Source: Patescibacteria group bacterium (GTDB lineage Bacteria > Patescibacteriota > Patescibacteriia > Buchananbacterales > GWA2-38-13). From it: 64,000 bases of DNA. A model generated the notes under the pieces. It had not been told where the DNA came from, searched no databases, and saw nothing but the letters and a program-made list of their open reading frames with translations. The stretch covers positions 2,309 through 66,308 of the forward strand of contig JAQTQO010000003.1 of the NCBI GenBank assembly GCA_028712155.1, in the 5' to 3' direction. Each line of letters opens with the position of its first letter. Within the stretch, counting starts at the first letter, position 1. A program made the position numbers and the translations under genes. Positions 36,207-45,041 of the stretch are shown here, piece by piece.

Positions 36207-37676
36207 TCATTTTGTCGCATCGTGCGACGGCAGGTTTGCCTTCGGCGCGGGACGGGTCAGGATGAGGTACCGTTCTTCAGCCAGCTGAGCGGCGTACCCC
36301 AATTCCTGGGTGTAGCGATCGAGGTACTGTTGAAATTCTTCCGGTGAGTCAAAACCGGTGTTGTCCCAAAGATCGGCAACGATGATATCGGGAGCGGCGA
36401 TTGGTTCGGTACTCACCATCCAAATTTCACCCCGGTGAGTGAGGTGCGGCACGAGGTTGGAGGAAGCTGCCACGGCGGCATTCGCGGGCAAGGCATCGCG
36501 GATGGTGGCCAGCGCCACGGCGCGTTCGTCGGGTCGGAACTGCGCCCACGGGTACATTTTCAATCCCGCCGGTGACCACCAGAGAAATGCCGCCAGGCTT
36601 GTCCCGAGTGCGGCGTACCGGAGCAGACGTTGCTGGCGCGGCGCCCGGCGGGCGATCGCACGCCATCCAGCCGTGACGCCATACAGTAGGAACGGGATGA
36701 GAATGGCGTCGTACTGGTAGGAATTTTCAAATTGCGGGCCGTAGTCGGTCAAAAGGTTCTGGCTCAACCCCGGGATGAGCATCACGAGCGTTGCCGGTGC
36801 GGCGAGCGGAAAGAACGCGAGCGGCGAGAACAGCCGTCCCAGGTAACGGAGCTTGGCCGGGCGCGTGACGGTTTCCCAAACAAGGGCCGGCTGCGTCAGG
36901 ACGGTGCGGGCGATCGCCGGCGGCGTGGCACCGAGATTGGCATAGCGGTCCAGCCGATAAATTTTTCCGCCCAGTGCGGGCATGAAAATTTTTGCGACGA
37001 GCAGAAAGTAAATGAGACTCGATCCCAGTACCATTACACCGAAGCGCCGGTGCGATGGTTGCGTCAGGATAAAGTATGCGCCCGCCCCGGCGACGGCCAG
37101 CACCATGTTCTCGGCGGTGCCGGCGGCCAGTGCCAGTGCGATGGCGGCGCCGATGGCATGGCCGCGGTCGAGCAGCGCAAACGCCCAGAGGAATGCCGGA
37201 ATCGCAAAGGCGACTTCGTGAAAGTCAAACAGGTTGAGCCAATGCAGCGGCGGGTAGAAGAGGTAAGCGGCCACAATGACCCACGCGGTAGCCCGGTTCA
37301 ACCATCGGGTCGCCAGCAGGTAGAGGGGAATGACGGCGCTGCCGAGCGCGACGCTCTGCAGCACCAAAAGCATCTCCGGTCCGGGCGCGATCGCGTAGAA
37401 CGGCAGCAGCAGGAAAAGGAACGGGCTGAAGTGCACCGAAAGGTGATTGACGTTTTCAAAGGTGTTGAACATCACCCGTCCGTGCAGCGTATTCCAGAAC
37501 GATTGTTCAAAAATTCCCAAGTCCCAGGTCTGCGTGTAAAACGCCAGATGGCGCGCGATCGAAAGCGCAGAAAAGACCGCCGCATACACCGCCGCCACAG
37601 CCAAAACCATCCCGTACCGTTGCAAGACCCGGCCGACGGGAAGTCGGAAACGAATGAGGCGATGGTTTTCGGTCAT
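36207..37676 (-). CDS. DUF2079-like membrane protein (GT-C-like)
   Basis: WDLGIFEQ, HFSP, LLVLQS, FDFHE, YQY, PHLTHR. Confidence 0.8.
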   Translation of the reverse strand: MTENHRLIRFRLPVGRVLQRYGMVLAVAAVYAAVFSALSIARHLAFYTQTWDLGIFEQSFWNTLHGRVMFNTFENVNHLSVHFSPFLFLLLPFYAIAPGPEMLLVLQSVALGSAVIPLYLLATRWLNRATAWVIVAAYLFYPPLHWLNLFDFHEVAFAIPAFLWAFALLDRGHAIGAAIALALAAGTAENMVLAVAGAGAYFILTQPSHRRFGVMVLGSSLIYFLLVAKIFMPALGGKIYRLDRYANLGATPPAIARTVLTQPALVWETVTRPAKLRYLGRLFSPLAFFPLAAPATLVMLIPGLSQNLLTDYGPQFENSYQYDAILIPFLLYGVTAGWRAIARRAPRQQRLLRYAALGTSLAAFLWWSPAGLKMYPWAQFRPDERAVALATIRDALPANAAVAASSNLVPHLTHRGEIWMVSTEPIAAPDIIVADLWDNTGFDSPEEFQQYLDRYTQELGYAAQLAEERYLILTRPAPKANLPSHDATK

Positions 37677-37804
37677 ACGGCTGCCCGCGACGCGTCACTA
37701 CCGGCGGTATAAGCATACCATAGCGGAAGCCGGGAAATCGCGGGGAACGGCCGCCGGCCTGCCTTGCCATTTGCTTGGTAATAGTATATCGTAAAGTGTG
37801 ACGT

Positions 37805-38233
37805 ATGCGGTTTCGGAGAAAAACAATTGCGTTGATTACCGTGGGTGTATTGGGGATGGCGGTCCTGGGTGTTTTGGATATGCGCGCGAATTCCATGGAA
37901 CCGATTTCCTCCAGCTGCCTCGCCAGCCTGGTGACCAAAGAGCCCTGTCATGACGCGGCGCCGTTGGGCATGGTGCGCTTTCATTTGGATGCCTACCGGG
38001 TGCTTGTGAACGCCGTGGTCATGACCGGTCTGACGCTGGCGTTCGGATTTTTGGCGTTCGGTTGGTTATTGCGGTGGTTGGCGATCGGTGCGGCTGCGGT
38101 GGACGCAGCCCGCATCCCGGTGCGTCCGCCGCCGTGGAGCCCACACCGCGCGGTCAGGCCATGGAGAATCCAGCGGCGGTTTTGTCGTTGGATCGCGTTG
38201 CACGAACGTTGCGATGCCGTCGCTTGCGCGTAG
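37805..38233 (+). CDS. Hypothetical membrane protein
   Basis: Two hydrophobic segments, C-x8-C and FH motif; leads the ccdA-like cluster. Confidence 0.55.
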   Translation: MRFRRKTIALITVGVLGMAVLGVLDMRANSMEPISSSCLASLVTKEPCHDAAPLGMVRFHLDAYRVLVNAVVMTGLTLAFGFLAFGWLLRWLAIGAAAVDAARIPVRPPPWSPHRAVRPWRIQRRFCRWIALHERCDAVACA

Positions 38234-38338
38234 CTTCTCCTGACCGGGTTAAAATACCCGGTGCGGATGCGTTCATTGCCGGGAGAAGCTGTGCCGTGCG
38301 TCGGATTTTTTTGTTCCGGTTAATCATTGCTTTCCCGT

Positions 38339-39136
38339 ATGTTTCGTAAAACGCAGATCGTCCTGTTTGTTGCCGCGGCGTTCGCAGTTTTGGTCCTGGT
38401 TCTGCGGTTCGGAAATGTCTCCCACTCCCTCTGGGTCGGGAGTGCCCCGTCGTGCACGACCTGGCTGCTCCCGCTGGTCATCGTTGCGGCGCTGGTGGAC
38501 AGCTTCAATCCGTGCGCATTTTCGGTGCTGCTTTTGAGCATCGCGTTCCTCTTCAGTATCGGCCGATTGCGCCGGCACGTTTTTGCGCTCGGGATTACCT
38601 ACATCCTCGGGCTGTACATCGTGTACCTCCTGCTCGGCCTGGGTCTCCTCAGGGCGATGTCGTTATTCGGCGCCCCGCACCTCCTCTCCCGGCTGGGGGC
38701 GGCGCTGCTGATCGGCCTCGGGGTATTGGACCTCATCAATTACTGGTTCCCGCGTTTCCCCGTGAAACTGAAAATCCCGAGTGCCAGCCACCACGTGATG
38801 GGCAAGCTCGTGGATCGCGTGTCGTTCCCCGCCTTCTTTCTGCTCGGCGCCGTCGTGGGATTGTTCGAGTTTCCGTGCACCGGCGGTCCGTACTCCGCCA
38901 TTCTCATGCTGCTCAACGAGTGCCAAACGTTTGCCACCGCGTACTGGCGGGGGATGGGGTACTTGTTGCTGTACAATTTGCTGTTCGTTTCACCGCTCGT
39001 GGTGATCCTGCTGGTCGCCAGCGACCGCGGCTTACTGGAGAAATTCTCCGCCTGGCAGAAACGCCACCAGCAGCAGATGCGATTACTGACCGGGTTGGCA
39101 TTGCTGGCGATCGGTTTGCTCATTTTCGTCGCTTAA
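38339..39136 (+). CDS. CcdA/DsbD-beta-like disulfide electron transporter
   Basis: DSFNPCAF and EFPCTGGPY membrane Cys pair. Confidence 0.85.
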   Translation: MFRKTQIVLFVAAAFAVLVLVLRFGNVSHSLWVGSAPSCTTWLLPLVIVAALVDSFNPCAFSVLLLSIAFLFSIGRLRRHVFALGITYILGLYIVYLLLGLGLLRAMSLFGAPHLLSRLGAALLIGLGVLDLINYWFPRFPVKLKIPSASHHVMGKLVDRVSFPAFFLLGAVVGLFEFPCTGGPYSAILMLLNECQTFATAYWRGMGYLLLYNLLFVSPLVVILLVASDRGLLEKFSAWQKRHQQQMRLLTGLALLAIGLLIFVA

Positions 39137-39165
39137 ATAAATTTAATCATAAGTTTTACTGACGT

Positions 39166-39675
39166 ATGCCAGAGTTACCTCAACTCAAAGAACTCTTCGA
39201 AGCCACCAAGCGCCTGGTGGCGGAAAAAAAGCTCGATCTTTCCTCGGATGAAGATTTGAGCCTGGCGGTCATGAATCTCGTGAGCATCGAGGAGCACCTC
39301 GTATTCTCGGGGTCAAAGACCAGCGCGCGTGAATACTACGACCTCATCGGCCCCGTCCGTGAGCTTCGCAAAACCTACCTCAAGCAGTTGCTGCCGGATT
39401 ACGAAGGCGAGGTGTGGTGCATCTGCAAGCATTTGCTGGCCGCTTCGATGCGGCTGATCGAAGTCGGCACCAAGCGCCAGGAGAAAGATCCCCAGGCGGC
39501 GCAGGCTTGTTTTCAGCACGCGTTCACCCTCTATTCGTATTTCTGGACGCTGAAACTCAAGATGGCAACGGGCAAGACGTTGGGCGGAAAAACTACGGCA
39601 CCCCAAGCGCCAACCCCCAAGCAAAAAGCCGTCGAAGAATTCCTGGCGAAACTGGTAGATTGCTGCGGAGAGTAA
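39166..39675 (+). CDS. Conserved hypothetical helical protein with Cys/His motifs
   Basis: MNLVSIEEH, WCICKH, C-terminal DCCGE. Confidence 0.75.
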   Translation: MPELPQLKELFEATKRLVAEKKLDLSSDEDLSLAVMNLVSIEEHLVFSGSKTSAREYYDLIGPVRELRKTYLKQLLPDYEGEVWCICKHLLAASMRLIEVGTKRQEKDPQAAQACFQHAFTLYSYFWTLKLKMATGKTLGGKTTAPQAPTPKQKAVEEFLAKLVDCCGE

Positions 39676-39687
39676 GTGCTACGATCT

Positions 39688-40059
39688 ATGTTGAAAAAAT
39701 CAATCATGGGTTTTACGGTGCTGGCATTGGGCGGGGTGTGGCTGAGCGGGTGTACGGTTCCGACCAACTCCGCCGGCAATATCAACCCGTCGGCGTTGGC
39801 GGCGTGCTTGTCGCAGCGCAAAGTAACGATGTACGGTGCGGCGTGGTGCTCGCACTGCCAGGCGCAAAAGCAGATGTTCGGCACGTCGACGTCCGCGTTG
39901 CTGTACGTCGAGTGCCCGGATAATCCCCAGCGCTGCATCCAGGCGGGCATCGAGTCATACCCGACGTGGGTGCTGCCCGATGGCCGCAAGCTGGTCGGTG
40001 AACAGTCATTGGAAGTTCTTGCCCGCGAGAGCGGATGTGAAGCCGAGGTGCAGCAGTAA
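39688..40059 (+). CDS. Exported thioredoxin/glutaredoxin-like lipoprotein
   Basis: Lipobox LSGC, MYGAAWCSHC, YVEC, IESYPTW. Confidence 0.85.
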   Translation: MLKKSIMGFTVLALGGVWLSGCTVPTNSAGNINPSALAACLSQRKVTMYGAAWCSHCQAQKQMFGTSTSALLYVECPDNPQRCIQAGIESYPTWVLPDGRKLVGEQSLEVLARESGCEAEVQQ

Positions 40060-40070
40060 TCCATCGTCTT

Positions 40071-41462
40071 ATGGGGAAGAAGGTGTGCATCATCAATCCA
40101 AATCTTTCCTCTTCCCGGCGCACGGTGATGCAGGCCCGCCACCGCCCTCCGCTGGATTTGGCCTATATCGCATCGCTGTTGCGGGGTGATTTTGACGTCC
40201 GTTTGGTGGATGCACAAGTGGAAGGGATGGACATATCTGAAATGGCCGGCGTGGTGCGGCAGTACGCGCCCGACCTGCTGATTACCACGACCACGCCGGT
40301 CAACCGGTGGGAGTGTCCGCAGTCCTACGTGGATTCTTTTTTCGTTTGGCTGAACGCGGTGGGGCAGCTGCCGTCTCGACCCGTGATCATCGTGACGGGG
40401 ACGCACGGCACGACGCAGCCCGATTGGCTGCTGAAGAAATGTCCGAGCATCGATTACGTGGTGCGCGGCGAGCCCGAACGCACGAGTACCGCGCTGGTGC
40501 GGGCGCTTGCCGCAGGCGGTGACGGCGCATCGGTGGCGGGCGTGTCCTACCGCGAAGGCGCGCGGTTCGTGCATAACCCGCCGGCACCGCGGATTACCGA
40601 TCCCGATGCACTGCCGTTTCCGGCGTACGACCTGCTGCCGATGGCAAAATACCGCTACACGTTCGGCGACATCCCGCAACCCTTTTCCATCGTGCTGGCC
40701 AGCCGCGGCTGCCCATTTAGCTGCACGTTCTGCTGCCGCGCGATGATGGAGGGCGCGCACGTGTCGCGCAGTCCCGAAAACGTGTACGCCGAGCTTAAAT
40801 TGTTGGCCGAGCGTTTCGGCGTGCGCGGCGTATTTTTCCAGGACTGGGAATTCACCATCAACAAGCCGTTCGTGACGGCGCTGACGGAGCTGCTGAAGCA
40901 TGACCCGTTGGGTATCGTCTGGGGATGCAATGCGCGGGCGAACGATTTCCGCGTGCCCGGTTTGTTCGAGCAGATGAAGTCCGCCGGGTGCGTGCGCGTG
41001 AATATCGGCTTTGAATCCGGCTCCCCGGAGGTATTGGAAGCGGTCAAAAAACGGGTGACCGTGGATGATCTGGCGCTGGCGATTACCGTTAGCCGAAAGC
41101 TCGGGCTGAAGCTCGGGATGTACGCACTGCTGAACGCGCCAGGGGAAACCGCCGCGACGATCCGCCAGACGATGCAGTTTTTGCGAAAGCAGGGAATTTC
41201 CGCCATGAACTTCAACGTCGTGGTGCCGTACTTCGGTACGGACATCAACCGGGAATTGCTCGCCCAGCTTGGGCCCGAGGCCGCCAAGCGCGTGTCGTGG
41301 GACAACATTGAAGATTATGCCGGCCGTGTGCGTACGCAACTTCCGCCCAAACTGGCCAAGCTCTACCAGCGCCACGTAAAATTTTCGCTGCGGTACGGCC
41401 GCGGGTACATATTCCGTTGGCGATTTTTGCGGGATGCAATTACCCGGTTTTCCAAAGCGTGA
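40071..41462 (+). CDS. B12-binding-domain radical SAM protein
   Basis: PPLDLAYIAS, RGEPE, SRGCPFSCTFC, IGFESGS. Confidence 0.9.
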   Translation: MGKKVCIINPNLSSSRRTVMQARHRPPLDLAYIASLLRGDFDVRLVDAQVEGMDISEMAGVVRQYAPDLLITTTTPVNRWECPQSYVDSFFVWLNAVGQLPSRPVIIVTGTHGTTQPDWLLKKCPSIDYVVRGEPERTSTALVRALAAGGDGASVAGVSYREGARFVHNPPAPRITDPDALPFPAYDLLPMAKYRYTFGDIPQPFSIVLASRGCPFSCTFCCRAMMEGAHVSRSPENVYAELKLLAERFGVRGVFFQDWEFTINKPFVTALTELLKHDPLGIVWGCNARANDFRVPGLFEQMKSAGCVRVNIGFESGSPEVLEAVKKRVTVDDLALAITVSRKLGLKLGMYALLNAPGETAATIRQTMQFLRKQGISAMNFNVVVPYFGTDINRELLAQLGPEAAKRVSWDNIEDYAGRVRTQLPPKLAKLYQRHVKFSLRYGRGYIFRWRFLRDAITRFSKA

Positions 41463-41605
41463 CGCGCCGGCGCGCGGTTTTCGCCGGCGATGGCTTTTTG
41501 GTGACGGGAAAGTCGGGACGAACACGGCGGAGTGCCGTAAACCGAGGATTAGCTGACTCGGGTAGATTATGGTATAATTAGATGCAAGAATAATCGCAAA
41601 TATTT

Positions 41606-42037
41606 ATGCCCAAAGGCTCAAAAAAGAACGCCGCTGCATTGAAAGCAGCCACATCCGCTCGGCCTAAGCAAAGCGGTTCCGTTCTCATTATCGAAGATGA
41701 TGAATTTTTGGCCAAAATGATCGCGCGGGTGCTGGAGGGCGAAGGATTGCAATGCGAGCTGGCCGGCAACGGCCGGGAAGGGCTGCGGAAAGCACAATCC
41801 GTCAAGCCGAAGCTGATCATCCTTGACGTGATTTTGCCCGACCTGGACGGGTTTTCGATCTTGGGCAAACTCAAGGCGGCCAAAGCCACCAGTCGGATTC
41901 CGGTCGTCATCGTATCCAACCTTGGGCAGGAGGAAGACGTGCAGCAGGGGCTGCAACTTGGGGCGAAGGATTACATCGTCAAGAGCGACCTGAGCCTTGA
42001 TGCCATGGTGGCTAAGGTGAAAAAATACCTGAAATAA
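41606..42037 (+). CDS. Single-domain response regulator
   Basis: IIEDD, ILDVILP, VSNL, DYIVKS. Confidence 0.9.
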   Translation: MPKGSKKNAAALKAATSARPKQSGSVLIIEDDEFLAKMIARVLEGEGLQCELAGNGREGLRKAQSVKPKLIILDVILPDLDGFSILGKLKAAKATSRIPVVIVSNLGQEEDVQQGLQLGAKDYIVKSDLSLDAMVAKVKKYLK

Positions 42038-42058
42038 GAATTTGCCGCATTCCGTTGT

Positions 42059-43753
42059 ATGCATTTATCCGACGAGCAACTCAAAGACGTCCTGATCTCC
42101 AGCAAGCTCATACCGGCCAAAGAGGTGAACGCGGCGTATGCGAAAGCGGCCGCGCAGGACGTGCCGTTTCGCGAGGTGTTGCTCAACGACGACCTCATCA
42201 CCGATGAACATCTCGGCCGGATCACCGCCGAACAGACCGGCGTACCGTTCGTCAATTTGCGCAAGATGCAGATTGGCGACGAGGTGCTGCGGCTGATCCC
42301 CGAAGTGGTCGCCAAGAGCCGGCGGGTCATTGCGCTCAAGCGCGACGCCAACGGCGTGACGGTCGCGATGGCCGATCCCGATGACATGGAAACCGTCGCG
42401 CTGGTGCAGAAGCACACCGGGGAAATGGTGTCCGTAGTGTTTGCGACCGCCCGCGATATTCTCGGCACGCTGGGGCGTTACCGGCACGGCTTGCGGGAAG
42501 ATTTCGCCGAGGCGATGCAGCGCGCCGCGGCGGAGGTGAAAACAGCCTCCCGCCGGACCACCGATCAGGATGAGACGACGGTCGTTTCCATTGTCGAACA
42601 GCTGCTCACGTACGCCTACGATAATAAGGCGTCGGATGTGCACCTGGAACCCCAGCGGACGGCGGTGGCGGTCCGGTTCCGGATTGACGGGGTGCTGCAC
42701 GACGTCGTGGATTTTCCCAAGGCCATTCACGAGCAGATCGTCTCGCGGATTAAGGTGCTGTCGCGTTTGCGGACCGATGAGCACGCCGCGGCCCAGGACG
42801 GAAAATTCCGTTTCACGGTTCCCGATGAGGACGTGGACGTGCGCGTTTCGATTCTGCCGATTGCCGCCGGCGAGAAAGTGGTGCTGCGGTTGCTGTCTTC
42901 CAAACAGCGCCAGTTCAGCCTGGAGGACCTCGGGTTCGGCGCGGCCGACCTCGGGAAAGTCAAACGGGCATTCAGCAAACCCTACGGCATGGTATTGGCC
43001 ACCGGCCCGACGGGCTGCGGCAAAACCACCACGCTCTACGCGATTTTAAAAATTCTCAACACGCGGGAGATCAACATTTCCACGATCGAGGATCCGATCG
43101 AGTATGAGGTGGCGGGCGTGAATCAGATCCAGGTCAACCCGAAAACGAACCTGACGTTTGCCGCCGGGTTGCGCAGTATCCTGCGCCAGGATCCCGACGT
43201 GATCATGGTCGGCGAAATCCGGGACGATGAAGCCGCCGGCATCGCCGTCAATTCGGCCATGACCGGCCACCTGGTGCTGTCGACGCTCCATACCAACGAC
43301 GCCGCGACCGCCCTGCCGCGCCTGTTCGATCTGAAAGTCGAGCCGTTCCTCATCGCCAGCACGGTCAATGTGATCGTGGCACAGCGTCTGGTGCGCCGCA
43401 TCTGCAGTCAGTGTTTGGTGAGCTATCTTGTGAAACCGACGGAGCTGGCCACGATGCTGAGCCCCACGGTAGTGCAGCGGCATTTCGGCAAAGGGCGCAA
43501 GTCGGTGCGCCTCTACCGCGGCAAGGGATGCAAAGTGTGCGGCGGGAGCGGGTATCACGGCCGGGTCGGCATTTTTGAAGTGCTCGAAGTGTCGGAATCC
43601 GTGCGCCAGCTGATCATGGAGCACACGAATGCGGATCGCATCAAGGCGCAAGCGGTGGCCGAAGGCATGCGCACCATGTTCGATGACGGTATCACCAAAG
43701 CCATCGAGGGCCAGACGACGATCGACGAGGTCATGCGCGCGACGCAGGAATGA
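42059..43753 (+). CDS. pilB: Type IV pilus assembly ATPase (PilB/GspE)
   Basis: ASDVHLEP, GPTGCGKTTT, TIEDPIE, LRQDPD, TGHLVLSTLHTN, Zn CxxC pairs. Confidence 0.93.
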   Translation: MHLSDEQLKDVLISSKLIPAKEVNAAYAKAAAQDVPFREVLLNDDLITDEHLGRITAEQTGVPFVNLRKMQIGDEVLRLIPEVVAKSRRVIALKRDANGVTVAMADPDDMETVALVQKHTGEMVSVVFATARDILGTLGRYRHGLREDFAEAMQRAAAEVKTASRRTTDQDETTVVSIVEQLLTYAYDNKASDVHLEPQRTAVAVRFRIDGVLHDVVDFPKAIHEQIVSRIKVLSRLRTDEHAAAQDGKFRFTVPDEDVDVRVSILPIAAGEKVVLRLLSSKQRQFSLEDLGFGAADLGKVKRAFSKPYGMVLATGPTGCGKTTTLYAILKILNTREINISTIEDPIEYEVAGVNQIQVNPKTNLTFAAGLRSILRQDPDVIMVGEIRDDEAAGIAVNSAMTGHLVLSTLHTNDAATALPRLFDLKVEPFLIASTVNVIVAQRLVRRICSQCLVSYLVKPTELATMLSPTVVQRHFGKGRKSVRLYRGKGCKVCGGSGYHGRVGIFEVLEVSESVRQLIMEHTNADRIKAQAVAEGMRTMFDDGITKAIEGQTTIDEVMRATQE

Positions 43754-43825
43754 GCGCGGCGAACGGAAATGAACAGCGCTGCGCGTTAAAAAATAAATAC
43801 ACTTTTAAAAGAAAACGTTTCGGGT

Positions 43826-45031
43826 ATGAAGTTTTCCTACACTGCGGCCACGCCGCAGGGGAAAATCAAAACCGGTCTGGTGGAAGCGGCTGACCGGAAA
43901 TCGGCGGCGGTGCAGCTGGCCCATGAGCAGCTGTCGGTGGTGCGGATTGCAGCGGTCCGGCAGTGGTCCGTGCATTTTTCTCATATCTCGCTGTTGCAGC
44001 GGATGTTGATCGCCCAGCACCTGGCCACCCTCTTGTCCGCCGGCGTCAGCTTGCTCGAGGCATTGCGGGTCATCGAAGATGAGGCGCGGACGCGGCGGAT
44101 GCGCAAGGTCATCGCGCGCGTGCGCATGTCCGTTGATTCCGGAACGACACTCGCGGGAGCGCTGGAGGCGCAGGGGCACTCGTTTGATCCGCTGTTTGTC
44201 AGCCTCGTGCGGGTCGGCGAAAGCAGCGGGACCCTGGAGGAAAACTTACAGTATTTGTCGGAGGAACTTGAAAAACGTCTGAACCTGCGCAGCAAGGTCC
44301 GGGCCGCGGCAACGTACCCGGGCGTGGTGGTGATGGTGACCGCAGTGCTGGGCGCGGTACTGGTGTATTTCGTGCTGCCAAAAATTGTTCCGTTGTTCTC
44401 ATCGCTCAAAGTTAAACTGCCGCTGACCACCGTTGCTTTGCTGTGGGTGGCGACGTTCATGCGCAATTCCGGGGTGTTGGCGTTTATATTAACCGTGGCG
44501 GTGATCGTACTGTTGCGTTCGAGCCTGCTGCTGCCGTCGGTTCGACTGGCGTGGCATCGGGCGTTGGTCAGAATGCCGGTGGCCGGGCGGGTCGTGCGGA
44601 ACATCAACCTGGCGAACACGTGCCGGACGCTGGGCACATTATTGAAGAGCGGCGTACCGATCGTGGAGGCGCTCGATATCACTGCCGAAACCAGCCGGAA
44701 CGTTGCGTACCAGCAGGAAATTTTTGAGCTGCGCAGCGCGACGGCGACCGGTCAGAGTTTGGCGGCCGCCATGGCGGGCCGGTCCGGACGCATGTTTTTT
44801 TCTCCGCTCACCCTGAGCCTGGTGCGCGTGGGGGAAACGAGCGGCAAACTTGATGAAAGCCTTTTGTATCTCAATCGTTTTTACGAACGCGAGGTGGACA
44901 GCATCATGAAAGATTTATCGGTGATTCTCGAGCCGGCGCTGCTGGTGTTCATCGGCCTGATCGTCGCGCTCGTGGTGAGTGCCATCATTACGCCGATCTA
45001 TCAAATTTCCGGCAGTCTGCAGGTGCGTTAG
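43826..45031 (+). CDS. pilC: Type IV pilus platform protein (PilC/GspF)
   Basis: LSAGVSLLEAL, VGESSGTL, TYP, GETSGKLD, ILEP. Confidence 0.92.
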   Translation: MKFSYTAATPQGKIKTGLVEAADRKSAAVQLAHEQLSVVRIAAVRQWSVHFSHISLLQRMLIAQHLATLLSAGVSLLEALRVIEDEARTRRMRKVIARVRMSVDSGTTLAGALEAQGHSFDPLFVSLVRVGESSGTLEENLQYLSEELEKRLNLRSKVRAAATYPGVVVMVTAVLGAVLVYFVLPKIVPLFSSLKVKLPLTTVALLWVATFMRNSGVLAFILTVAVIVLLRSSLLLPSVRLAWHRALVRMPVAGRVVRNINLANTCRTLGTLLKSGVPIVEALDITAETSRNVAYQQEIFELRSATATGQSLAAAMAGRSGRMFFSPLTLSLVRVGETSGKLDESLLYLNRFYEREVDSIMKDLSVILEPALLVFIGLIVALVVSAIITPIYQISGSLQVR

Positions 45032-45041
45032 CATGCAATCT

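Noticed and set aside
39531-41525. 664-aa minus-strand ORF, and similar long antisense ORFs (16268..17611, 5317..6375, 7146..8285, 32089..33150, 11..709)
   Set aside because: Shadows of well-supported genes on the opposite strand in GC-rich DNA; no motifs of their own
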